NCBI GenBank assembly: GCA_963677495.2
Contig: CAXXOU010000004.1
Coordinates: 256,001-320,000 of the forward strand
Length of the DNA: 64,000 nucleotides
Direction of reading: 5' to 3'
DNA from: Candidatus Cloacimonadales bacterium
Lineage (GTDB): Bacteria; Cloacimonadota; Cloacimonadia; Cloacimonadales; JAFGVF01
The notes under the pieces: model-generated
Seen by the model: the letters and a program-made list of their open reading frames with translations, nothing else
Database searches by the model: none
What the model was told of the DNA's origin: nothing
Part shown: positions 27,844-38,001 of the stretch, one piece after another
How the letters are laid out: every line of letters starts with the position of its first letter
How positions within the stretch are numbered: position 1 is the first letter of the stretch
Made by a program: the position numbers and the translations under genes

Positions 27844-30800
27844 ATGAAGTTAAAACTAGTAATTGTAATTTTCCTATTGTTGACTTTGTTATCATTGCAA
27901 GCAACAGTGCGAAATGTTGCTCCGGTGCTAGACACATCTTATGATGTTGTTCTAGTTTCTATACAGGAGGGTGATCTAGATAGTATGGGTAACACTGTAC
28001 AACAGATAGTTGATCCTGCTTCGATAACAGATGGAGATGGAGGTGTTGTATCAGCTATTGCTGTTACAGAAGTTGATAACACTAATGGTAGTTGGCAATA
28101 TTCACTGAATGATGGTGCAAGTTGGCATGATTTTTCAGCAACTACAGGCTCAGTTGTTGATATTTCAACACAAGCAAGACTGTTGGATGGCTCCTTATCA
28201 GGTGGGCAGACAAACAAGATAAGGTTTGTACCTTTACCAGATTATCCTGACACATTAGCGTGGACTCCACCGGACATTCCTTATGATGGAGCTTCCTATT
28301 TTAAGTTCAGAGCTTGGGATAGAGTAGCAGGTATCACTGGACTTACAGCTGACGTTTCTTTAAATGGTGGCAGTACATCGTTCAGTTCTAATGAAGATGT
28401 TGCTAGAATTACTATACTTGCCGTAAATGATGATCCGGTTCTATATTACAATGGTCAAGAAGTGACCGGAGTAATGGATTTAGGGTTTGATATTGACGAA
28501 GATACTTCATATCACTTTCAGTCAGGTGAGTTAATCGTAGATGACCCTGATATTGGCAATAATCAAATCATTTTTGATATAGAAGCAAGGAAAGGCATCC
28601 TTGACTTTGTAAACGTTAGCGGAAGATTCATTTCCGGTAACGGTACTTCTAATGTTACAATCGTGACTGACTTGGTTGAGCTTAATCAAATACTTGATGA
28701 TTGTTCATATTACTATCCAAACCAGGATTTGAATCATACAGAAGTTTTGACAATCCGCATAAATGACCAGTTCTGGAGTGGAATAGGTGGCGGACAGGAT
28801 GTTGTAAGACAGCTGACTTTCTGGATTAATCCGGTAAATGATGCACCTGTACTTAATACCGGATATACACCTAGATTAACTTCCATCCCAGAAGATGATT
28901 TAGATAATGATGGCAATTCTATAAGTAGTATTATTCCTAACGGTTCTATATATGATGTAGACACTACCGCTGTAGAAGCTATGGCAGTTATATCTGTGGA
29001 TAATACAAACGGTACTTGGGAATACTCTACCAACAATGGTGATAATTGGCAAAGTATTAGTCAACAGATCGGGGTCAATGACCAATTTGAAACAAATGCC
29101 CTACTTCTTGATGGTGAGTTAACCGGAGATCAGACTCATAGAATGAGATTCTTACCAAACCTTAATTTCCATGGGACAGCATCATTTGCTTTTAGGGCTT
29201 GGGACAAAACAGATGGGCTCTCAGCCTCTCGTATAAATGCAACTGTAAACGGTGATACGATGAGTATTAGTGCAGCTTCGGACAACGGACTAATATCAGT
29301 AACATCTATAAATGATGTTCCGGCTGTTTATTATAAGAACGAGCATGAGGCTGATACACTTCAAGTGTTTATTCCAATAACTTCTCCGATGAATCATACG
29401 TTTGCTCCTGAAGATTCATTGGATATTTTTGATCCGGATATAGGCAATAATGTAATGATGGTCAACATTATTACTGAAAGAGGTACTATGACATTCCATG
29501 GTGCTCGATCAAGATATGTTTCCAATAATGGTACCGGGAATGTAACTTTGACCGGAAACTTGGATACAATAAATGCTCATCTAGATAATGTAACATATAC
29601 TGTACCAGCGGGGGAAACCGGGTATGATTTCGTAGATTTTGTTATGAGTGACTTTGGCTATAGTGGATCAGGGGCATCTCAAACAATCCACAATATTATG
29701 CTTGTTCAGCTTTCTAATGTACCTCCTGTATATGAAAGCATCCCAATAACAAGTGCTTATGAGGACTCATTATACGAGTATATAATCACGACTTCTGATG
29801 CAGATACAAATCGTGTTTACATAGATTCATCTGTGCTTCCGGAATGGCTAACAATTACCGATAATGGTGACAATACCGCTACACTCTCCGGTATTCCAAC
29901 CAATGATCATGTTGGAGCTAATCCTGTTACAATAGATATTTGGGATTGGGTTACACCTGATACACCTGTACTTCAGCAGTTTGTGATAAATGTAATAAAT
30001 ACTAATGATGCTCCTCGTTTTACATCTAACCCAATATTGCAAGTCGATGAAGGTAGTCTGTATCAGTACAATGTAACTGCAGAAGATGTAGATGGAGGAA
30101 GTAATTTAGCTTTAGATGCTACAGTGCATCCGGATTGGCTTACTTTTACCGATAATGGTGATGGAACAGGATTACTTACAGGTACCCCTCTTAATGTACA
30201 TGTAGGTTTCCATCCGGTAACACTAACACTGACTGATGGTATTATTAGTTCAAATGTAACTCAGAGCTTTAATGTTGAAGTTATTGATGTGAACAGCCCA
30301 CCTTTTGTGACAGTACCAATACCTGATCAAAATACTGTTGAAGATTTCACACCGAATATTGTGATAGATTTAAGAAACCATTTTGATGATATAGATCCAA
30401 ATACAACACTAGTTTATTCTGCAACTTCTAATTTTGCAGAGATAAGAGCAAATGTTGTGGGTACAGATTTGATTCTTTCTCCTGCACCTGATTTCTTCGG
30501 CTCTACCGACGTTGAAGTAACAGCTGATGATCAACATGCATCTGGTGGAATTAGACCTTCAAATCAAACTAGAGACTGGATAACTGATACATTTACAGTT
30601 AATCTAGCACCTGTGAATGATGCTCCTAGATTCGTTTCTACTCCTGTTACAGTAGCGACCGAGAATGTTGCTTATACTTATAATGCACAAGCTATTGAAG
30701 TTGACCCCGGAGACCCAATAATTCTAGGTGCTACGACTTTACCTGGTTGGAGTTCATTTACAGATAATGGAAATGGCTTAGGTGTTTTAAGTGGTACACC

Positions 30801-33800
30801 AGCACCTGCTGACTTAGGTTTCCATGCAGTTACACTCACTGCAATTGATAATATAATACCTACCCCAGCAGAACAGAGTTTTGATATTTATGTTAACAGT
30901 ATTCCTGTTTTCATAACTCAACCGGTAACATTAGTAGATGAAGATGCTGTTTATACTTACAATATAGGCACAACTGATAATAATCCTGATGCTGTTTTGA
31001 CAATTAGTGCAAACAACTTACCTACTTGGTTAACCCTTACAGATAATGGTGATGGGACAGCCCTCTTAACAGGAACACCAACAAATGATTTTGTTGGAGA
31101 TAATTCAATCACAATTGAGTTATCAGATGGATATGTTACTACGCCTGTTGAACAGACATTTGACATTACAGTAAACAATATGAATGATGCACCGTTCTTC
31201 ACTAGCACCCCGGTGTTAATTAGTAATGTGAATCAGCTCTATGTTTACAATGTAACAGTTGATGACATTGATGCAAACCAGACATTAAATCTAACATCTT
31301 CTGCCTTACCTGGTTGGTTATCTTTTACAGATAATAATGACGGTACCGGTATTCTTACTGGAACTCCACAATTAGGAGATGATGGTATTGAAAACATCTC
31401 ATTATTTGTAGATGATGGAGAAGTACTTAGTCCTGTTGAACAGAGTTTTGTTCTTGAAGTTAGAGAGCCCAACGAAGCTCCTTACTTCTCATCTAATCCT
31501 ATTGACTCAGCATTACAAGATCAACCATACGCATATAATATTGTTGTTGAAGATAACAATGCTTGGGCATCAATATCAATAACAGGTCTTTTAATACCTA
31601 ACTGGTGCACAATAACCGATAATGGAGATGGTACAGCTGTACTTTCAGGTACACCTGGAGCAATTGACTTAGGAGCTCATGATGTAATTCTTGAAGCAAC
31701 TGATGGAATTATTGCAACTCCAATACAGCAAGTATTCACAATCACAGTTTACGATCAGAATACACCTCCTGTATTTACTTCTGTACCAATTACAGATGGT
31801 ATTGAGGACCAGCTATATCAATATACATTAACAGCCAATGATGCAAATTTCTGGGCTGTACTTTCATTTGCTGCACCTACTCTACCAAGCTGGTTAGTAT
31901 TAACTGACAATGGAGATGGAACTGCTCTTTTAGAAGGTACTCCTCTTAACGAGCATGTTGGAAATAATCCTGTAATTATTGAAGTAACAGATGGTGTTTC
32001 TCAACCTGTCCAACAAAGCTTCACTATTGATGTTACTAATACTAATGACGCACCTGTATTCACTTCTGTTCCGGTAACAACCGCAACGGAAGGATTCGTT
32101 TATACATACAACATTACAGTAAATGATGTTGATGATGGTGCTGTAATAACAATCATGGATGTAGTAAAACCTCTTTGGTTAACATTCACAGACAATGGTG
32201 ATGGTACTGCAGTATTAACTGGTACTCCTGATGGTACTGCTCTTGGCTCAGATAATGTAATACTTTCTGCAACTGATGGCATTATTGCTACTCCTGTTGA
32301 GCAGAACTTCAACATTACGGTTGATGCCTTTAATTATCCACCACTATTCACATCCAACCCTATTACTTCAGCTACAGAAGATATACTGTATAGTTATAAT
32401 ATTACTGCTTCAGACCCGAATACTTGGGCAGTATTGGATATAAATGCTACAGTACTACCAGCTTGGTTAACATTCATTGACAACAATGATGGAACAGCTT
32501 CCCTGAGTGGAACACCTGATGATCCTGATGTAGGACAACACAATGTAACTCTTACTTTAACAGACAATCAGATTGCGAATCCAATAGAGCAGAACTTCAT
32601 TATAACTGTTAACCAAGTCAATGACACTCCTGCCTTCTCTGTGTTCCCTACAGATATAACTATAAACGAGTTAGAGCTTTATCAGTTTGATGTTGTTGCA
32701 ACTGACCCTGATAATCCTAACTTAAGCCTTAGTGCTATATCAATTCCAACATGGTTATCCTTCGTAGATAATGGTGACAATACAGGGCACTTAGAAGGAA
32801 CACCTGATGGTAATGAAATTGGAAACCACACAGTTACTCTAAGAGTAGATGATGGTGTTGGTGGTGTTTTTGATAGAAGCTTCACTATTACAGTGAACCA
32901 ATTCAACTATTCACCAACATTCACCAGCTCACCTGTTGTTACAGTTTTACAAGATAACAACTATATTTATAATGTTGTCACTGAAGACCCAAACACATGG
33001 GCAACAATTGTTATAACATCACCGATTCTTCCTGCATGGTTGACATTCACTGATAACGGTGATGGTACTGCAACTCTTACAGGAACACCTGGTAATGCTG
33101 AAGTAGGATTCCATAACGTAACTCTAAGAGTTGATGACACAGTATCTGTCCCTATTGATCAAGTCTTTACTATAGAAGTAATTAATGTTAATGATGGACC
33201 AGTTGTTAGTGTTCCACTTCCTGATCAGAATGTTCAAGAAGACTTCACTAACGCGATTATCATCAACCTTGATCAACATTTCACAGACATTGATGGTAAT
33301 AACCTTATATATAGTATAGTACATGTTGCCTCTGAGATTGATGCTGAAATAGTTGGGAATACACTTACATTAAACTCAGTACTTAACTGGAATGGTACAA
33401 CTACAATCCAAGTTACTGCAGATGACCAACAAACAAGAGCTTCTGTTAGTGATACATTCGATGTAATCATAGCTCCGGTAAATGATGCACTTGTTTTCAC
33501 AACTACAAATGACACACTTGCAATTGTTGGTAACAACTATGTGTACACAGCTGTAGTTCAGGATCCTGATGTAACTGATGTTATCAGTTTCAACCCAATC
33601 GGACTTCCTGCCTGGTTAAACTTCACAGACAATACTGATAGAACTGCCACAATCGATGGTAATCCTCAAAGTAGTGATTATGGAGTATATGACTTTGTAC
33701 TTGAAGCAACAGACGGCACATCAACTACACAGCAAAATATTCATATAAGAGTGCATGAGGATAATGTTTCTCCTGTATTTACATCTACACCAGTTCTTAC

Positions 33801-36800
33801 AGTTAATCAAGATGATTTATATCAATATAACATTACAACAACAGATGCTAATGCTTGGGCTAACCTTGACATCTACGCTCAGACAATGCCATTGTGGCTT
33901 ACTCTAACAGATAATGATGATGGTACTGCAGTTCTTAGTGGAACTCCTACTAATAGCGAAGTCGGCTCTCATCAACTAGAAATAGCTGTTTCTGATGGTG
34001 TGGCTACACCGGTTGTACAGAGTTTCACTGTTATCGTAAATAATGTTAATGATGGGCCTACTGTATCAACTCCTTTACCGGACTTAGTTGAGGTAGAGGA
34101 TTTTGAAACACCAATCGTAATTGATTTAAACCAACACTTCAATGATATCGACGGTAACACACTTCTTTATAGCGACACTAGTGTTGCTACTGAAATAGGT
34201 GTAAGTATAAATGCTAATTTAATGACAATCACTTCAGTTGCTGATTGGAATGGTACTACAACTATTCTTGTAACTGCGGATGACCAACAATCAAGAGCAT
34301 CGGTTAGTGATGCGTTTGACCTGGTAATCAATCCGGTTAACGATATTCCGGTTGTTACATCAGTAAATGACACTCTAGCCACAGTTGGAACTAACTATAC
34401 ATATACTATAGTAGTTCAAGACCCTGATACTCCTGATACTATTACTTTCACTCCTGTTAACCTTCCATCATGGTTATCTATAGTAGATAATTTAGATAGA
34501 ACTGCAACATTATCCGGTACACCACAAAGTAGTGAATATGGAGTCTATGACTTCTCAATCAATGTTAGTGATGCTACTGAAACAGTTCAGCATGATATTT
34601 ACATTAGAGTACATGAAGACAACTATGCACCTGTCTTTACTTCTACCGAAGTAACTTCTGTGAATGAAGACACACAATACAGTTACAATATCACAACATC
34701 AGATGCTAATGCATGGGCCACTCTGACCATAAACGGGCAGTTAGTACCGACCTGGTTAACATTTACCGATAATGGTGATGGAACTGCAAGCTTAGTTGGT
34801 ACTCCAACAAACAATGAAGTTGGACAACACAATGTTGAGTTAACTGTTTCGGATGGAATTGCAGCAGCTGTACAGCAATTCTTCGTAATAGACGTAATCA
34901 ATGTAAATGATGATCCACAACTAGTCACTGCTATTAGTGATATGGTAGAGGATGAAGACTTTGCAGACATATCCTTTGATTTAGCACCACATTTCAATGA
35001 CCCTGATAGTGATGCATTGATATATAATGCATCTGTTCAAAGTGGCCAAGTCAATACAGTTGTAAATGGCTCAACTCTTTCAATTGAGTCAATATCTGAC
35101 TGGTTTGGCACTGCAACAATCAACGTTACAGCAGATGATCAAATATCACCAAACCTCGCAACTGATACATTTGACATAGTTGTGAATCCGATTAATGACC
35201 TTCCGTTCTTTGTAACACTTGTTGATACGCTTGCTAATGTAGGAGATCTTTACTCATACACTGCAACTGTTCAAGACAATGATACAGCAGATAACATTGC
35301 TTTCTCAATTATTGGTACAGTTCCGGCATGGTTAACTTTCACTGATAATACTGATAGAACAGCAAGCTTTGAAGGTACACCTGCAAGTATCGATTATGGT
35401 GTTTATGACTTTACTCTAGAAGCTACAGATGGAACTGAAGTTATTTATCAGGATATTCATATAAGAGTTCATGAAGACAACTATCTTCCTGTATTTTTAT
35501 CTACTCCTGTAACAGATGCTACTGAAGATGTGGAATATACATACAATGTTGAAGTTACTGACCAGAATGCCTGGAACACTATTACACTTGATGCAACTGC
35601 TCCGGCATGGTTAACATTTACCGATAATGGTATGGGAATGGGGACACTGACAGGAACACCAGACAACAGTCATGTCGGTACTTGGGCTGTTACTTTGACA
35701 GCCTACGACGGAATTATCGAAGTATTAGTTTTACAGGAGTTCCAGATCACAGTCGAAAATGTGAATGATGCCCCATATGCGTATGCTATATTTGACCCTG
35801 TAAATGAGGTTGAAGACTATGCAACTCCATTAACATATGATTTAAACAACTATATTAGAGATGACGATGCCGGTGATGTTATCACGTTCTCAGCAGCAAT
35901 GTCTAATACTCCAGCAATCATACAACCATCAGTTGAAGGTAGTATTCTGACTCTTACAGCAGTAAACAATGCTTGCGGAGTTGACACATTGATTATCAGT
36001 GCTACTGATGACGATGCTGCAACTGGAAAAGGCAGAGACACTATCTCTATAGAAGTAATCGTTACTATTGATGCGGTTAACGATGAGCCGTTTGTATCAT
36101 TAGAAATTGAAGACTTTGAAATGGATGAAAACACAATCGATTCACATATTAATCTTACAAACCATTTTGATGATGCTGACATCATCTACGGTGGTTCATT
36201 ACAGTTCGATCCTAGTGATCCTGACAATATGTCAGTTTCATTATCCGGTACTACTCTAGTTATTGAGCCATTGATGGATTGGTATGGAACTGAATCTATA
36301 ACAGTCACAGCTATTGATGAGTTTAATGAAGAAGTATCTGACACATTCGATGTAACAGTACTCAACGTTTCAGATGTTCCGGTTATTCAACCAATTGATA
36401 ATCAATTCATACTTAATAGTCAAACTGATACATTCGAATATCAGGTTGAGTTCTATGCATATCCTGATATTGCCTTCACACTTGAAGGAGCTCCTCAGGG
36501 AATGCAAGTTGATGCTCAAGGTATGATTAGCTGGACTCCAAACTTCGCTCAGTATGGATTACATACTATCACAGTTAATGGGCAAAACGTTGCTGGTCAG
36601 GATAGTAAGACATTTGAACTAAGAGTGATCAATGAGATTTACGGTCCTACCGAGTTACGGGTTAATACATTCACTACTGATACAATCAACTTGCAATGGG
36701 CTGTTCCTCCAACTGATGCTTGGATAACAGGCTATAGAGTTTATACATCTGATTCTTATGATGGTATTTACTCAGAGTTGGTTGATGTAACTATGGAAGA

Positions 36801-37992
36801 GACAAGTTATGAGTATGCTGCTCCTTCTGAAAGCCAGACTATCTTCTACAGAGTTACAGCTCTTATTGATGGTGAAGTATGGCAGGGAGAAACTGCTGTT
36901 TCAAATACTGTTAGTACTCATATCTTAGAAAACGGCGAAGACTTCATAGCACATGATGATGGTACACAGGAAGGTGCTATAACAATGGACCCGGATACTC
37001 AACTTGCAGTTAGCTATATGCTTATGCACAGATCTGAGTTCCTTCTCACAAAGGTAGCAATATTTGTTACTGATTTATCAACTGATGATTTGATTGTAGA
37101 ATTCTCAGATGAAGGTCCATTGCCGGATAATGAGGTTACGGGTATGACTGCAACTTATCCTGCTTCTCAAATCAATCTCGGTTGGAACTTCCTTACCTTA
37201 CCTGAAAACGCAAGGCCATCATTTACAGGTGATTTATTCTTTATTAGAATCTTAGGAACTCCAGACCCATGGGGTATCGGTTTGGATAGTGACACTATTG
37301 GTGACACTTTTAGAAAAACAGCCGGTGTTTGGAATCCACTTTTAACAGGTAACTCAATGGTTAGAGCTATCGTGAAACAGCTTGATGCTATCATAGGACT
37401 GAGTGAAGTTACACACGACTTTGGTCTAGTTTATACAGATGACCACTCAGCTCCATATGACATAACAGTTTCCAATAGTGGTAATAAAACGTTAGAGATT
37501 CAATCAATCAACGCTCCACCTGGTTTCGAGGTCAGGATGTCAGGAGATACTGATTGGGTATCTACTCTTAACAATGTTGATATAGCTGCCGGATTATCCT
37601 CTGACCTTCAGATTAGATTTGTTCCGACAGACGATATGACCTACAGCGGAAACGTAGAGATTGCTTCTAATGATGATGTTACTCCAAGCGTCAATATCGC
37701 TGTAAATGGATATTCTCATCAGTCAGAACCAAATGCATTCACCCCTAATGGTGACGGCAAAAACGATATCTTCAAATTTAAGGTTATCTCAGATAACGTA
37801 CAGAGTGTAAAAATGACAATATACAATCTTAAAGGTCGCAAAATATACGATGTCTCCGGTCAATCAAGCCAACCATTAACTTGGGATGGTAATAACGATG
37901 ATGGTGACGAGTGTAAGAGTGGACCGTATCTCTACGTAGTAGAACGAGCGGGGAAACGATACAAACGCGGCAAGATTTACTTGGTGAAGTAG
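27844..37992 (+). CDS. Giant surface protein with tandem cadherin/He_PIG-like Ig repeats, FN3-like and ASH-like domains and a type B (CHU_C) T9SS-like CTD
   Basis: Signal peptide; many WLTFTDNGDGTA.L.GTP and VNDAP repeats; C-terminal PNAFTPNGDGKNDIF...IYNLKG...WDG. Confidence 0.88.
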   Translation: MKLKLVIVIFLLLTLLSLQATVRNVAPVLDTSYDVVLVSIQEGDLDSMGNTVQQIVDPASITDGDGGVVSAIAVTEVDNTNGSWQYSLNDGASWHDFSATTGSVVDISTQARLLDGSLSGGQTNKIRFVPLPDYPDTLAWTPPDIPYDGASYFKFRAWDRVAGITGLTADVSLNGGSTSFSSNEDVARITILAVNDDPVLYYNGQEVTGVMDLGFDIDEDTSYHFQSGELIVDDPDIGNNQIIFDIEARKGILDFVNVSGRFISGNGTSNVTIVTDLVELNQILDDCSYYYPNQDLNHTEVLTIRINDQFWSGIGGGQDVVRQLTFWINPVNDAPVLNTGYTPRLTSIPEDDLDNDGNSISSIIPNGSIYDVDTTAVEAMAVISVDNTNGTWEYSTNNGDNWQSISQQIGVNDQFETNALLLDGELTGDQTHRMRFLPNLNFHGTASFAFRAWDKTDGLSASRINATVNGDTMSISAASDNGLISVTSINDVPAVYYKNEHEADTLQVFIPITSPMNHTFAPEDSLDIFDPDIGNNVMMVNIITERGTMTFHGARSRYVSNNGTGNVTLTGNLDTINAHLDNVTYTVPAGETGYDFVDFVMSDFGYSGSGASQTIHNIMLVQLSNVPPVYESIPITSAYEDSLYEYIITTSDADTNRVYIDSSVLPEWLTITDNGDNTATLSGIPTNDHVGANPVTIDIWDWVTPDTPVLQQFVINVINTNDAPRFTSNPILQVDEGSLYQYNVTAEDVDGGSNLALDATVHPDWLTFTDNGDGTGLLTGTPLNVHVGFHPVTLTLTDGIISSNVTQSFNVEVIDVNSPPFVTVPIPDQNTVEDFTPNIVIDLRNHFDDIDPNTTLVYSATSNFAEIRANVVGTDLILSPAPDFFGSTDVEVTADDQHASGGIRPSNQTRDWITDTFTVNLAPVNDAPRFVSTPVTVATENVAYTYNAQAIEVDPGDPIILGATTLPGWSSFTDNGNGLGVLSGTPAPADLGFHAVTLTAIDNIIPTPAEQSFDIYVNSIPVFITQPVTLVDEDAVYTYNIGTTDNNPDAVLTISANNLPTWLTLTDNGDGTALLTGTPTNDFVGDNSITIELSDGYVTTPVEQTFDITVNNMNDAPFFTSTPVLISNVNQLYVYNVTVDDIDANQTLNLTSSALPGWLSFTDNNDGTGILTGTPQLGDDGIENISLFVDDGEVLSPVEQSFVLEVREPNEAPYFSSNPIDSALQDQPYAYNIVVEDNNAWASISITGLLIPNWCTITDNGDGTAVLSGTPGAIDLGAHDVILEATDGIIATPIQQVFTITVYDQNTPPVFTSVPITDGIEDQLYQYTLTANDANFWAVLSFAAPTLPSWLVLTDNGDGTALLEGTPLNEHVGNNPVIIEVTDGVSQPVQQSFTIDVTNTNDAPVFTSVPVTTATEGFVYTYNITVNDVDDGAVITIMDVVKPLWLTFTDNGDGTAVLTGTPDGTALGSDNVILSATDGIIATPVEQNFNITVDAFNYPPLFTSNPITSATEDILYSYNITASDPNTWAVLDINATVLPAWLTFIDNNDGTASLSGTPDDPDVGQHNVTLTLTDNQIANPIEQNFIITVNQVNDTPAFSVFPTDITINELELYQFDVVATDPDNPNLSLSAISIPTWLSFVDNGDNTGHLEGTPDGNEIGNHTVTLRVDDGVGGVFDRSFTITVNQFNYSPTFTSSPVVTVLQDNNYIYNVVTEDPNTWATIVITSPILPAWLTFTDNGDGTATLTGTPGNAEVGFHNVTLRVDDTVSVPIDQVFTIEVINVNDGPVVSVPLPDQNVQEDFTNAIIINLDQHFTDIDGNNLIYSIVHVASEIDAEIVGNTLTLNSVLNWNGTTTIQVTADDQQTRASVSDTFDVIIAPVNDALVFTTTNDTLAIVGNNYVYTAVVQDPDVTDVISFNPIGLPAWLNFTDNTDRTATIDGNPQSSDYGVYDFVLEATDGTSTTQQNIHIRVHEDNVSPVFTSTPVLTVNQDDLYQYNITTTDANAWANLDIYAQTMPLWLTLTDNDDGTAVLSGTPTNSEVGSHQLEIAVSDGVATPVVQSFTVIVNNVNDGPTVSTPLPDLVEVEDFETPIVIDLNQHFNDIDGNTLLYSDTSVATEIGVSINANLMTITSVADWNGTTTILVTADDQQSRASVSDAFDLVINPVNDIPVVTSVNDTLATVGTNYTYTIVVQDPDTPDTITFTPVNLPSWLSIVDNLDRTATLSGTPQSSEYGVYDFSINVSDATETVQHDIYIRVHEDNYAPVFTSTEVTSVNEDTQYSYNITTSDANAWATLTINGQLVPTWLTFTDNGDGTASLVGTPTNNEVGQHNVELTVSDGIAAAVQQFFVIDVINVNDDPQLVTAISDMVEDEDFADISFDLAPHFNDPDSDALIYNASVQSGQVNTVVNGSTLSIESISDWFGTATINVTADDQISPNLATDTFDIVVNPINDLPFFVTLVDTLANVGDLYSYTATVQDNDTADNIAFSIIGTVPAWLTFTDNTDRTASFEGTPASIDYGVYDFTLEATDGTEVIYQDIHIRVHEDNYLPVFLSTPVTDATEDVEYTYNVEVTDQNAWNTITLDATAPAWLTFTDNGMGMGTLTGTPDNSHVGTWAVTLTAYDGIIEVLVLQEFQITVENVNDAPYAYAIFDPVNEVEDYATPLTYDLNNYIRDDDAGDVITFSAAMSNTPAIIQPSVEGSILTLTAVNNACGVDTLIISATDDDAATGKGRDTISIEVIVTIDAVNDEPFVSLEIEDFEMDENTIDSHINLTNHFDDADIIYGGSLQFDPSDPDNMSVSLSGTTLVIEPLMDWYGTESITVTAIDEFNEEVSDTFDVTVLNVSDVPVIQPIDNQFILNSQTDTFEYQVEFYAYPDIAFTLEGAPQGMQVDAQGMISWTPNFAQYGLHTITVNGQNVAGQDSKTFELRVINEIYGPTELRVNTFTTDTINLQWAVPPTDAWITGYRVYTSDSYDGIYSELVDVTMEETSYEYAAPSESQTIFYRVTALIDGEVWQGETAVSNTVSTHILENGEDFIAHDDGTQEGAITMDPDTQLAVSYMLMHRSEFLLTKVAIFVTDLSTDDLIVEFSDEGPLPDNEVTGMTATYPASQINLGWNFLTLPENARPSFTGDLFFIRILGTPDPWGIGLDSDTIGDTFRKTAGVWNPLLTGNSMVRAIVKQLDAIIGLSEVTHDFGLVYTDDHSAPYDITVSNSGNKTLEIQSINAPPGFEVRMSGDTDWVSTLNNVDIAAGLSSDLQIRFVPTDDMTYSGNVEIASNDDVTPSVNIAVNGYSHQSEPNAFTPNGDGKNDIFKFKVISDNVQSVKMTIYNLKGRKIYDVSGQSSQPLTWDGNNDDGDECKSGPYLYVVERAGKRYKRGKIYLVK

Positions 37993-38001
37993 GAGGTGAA
38001 C

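Noticed and set aside
27939..37394. Many short minus-strand ORFs
   Set aside because: Shadow frames of the repetitive giant adhesin gene.
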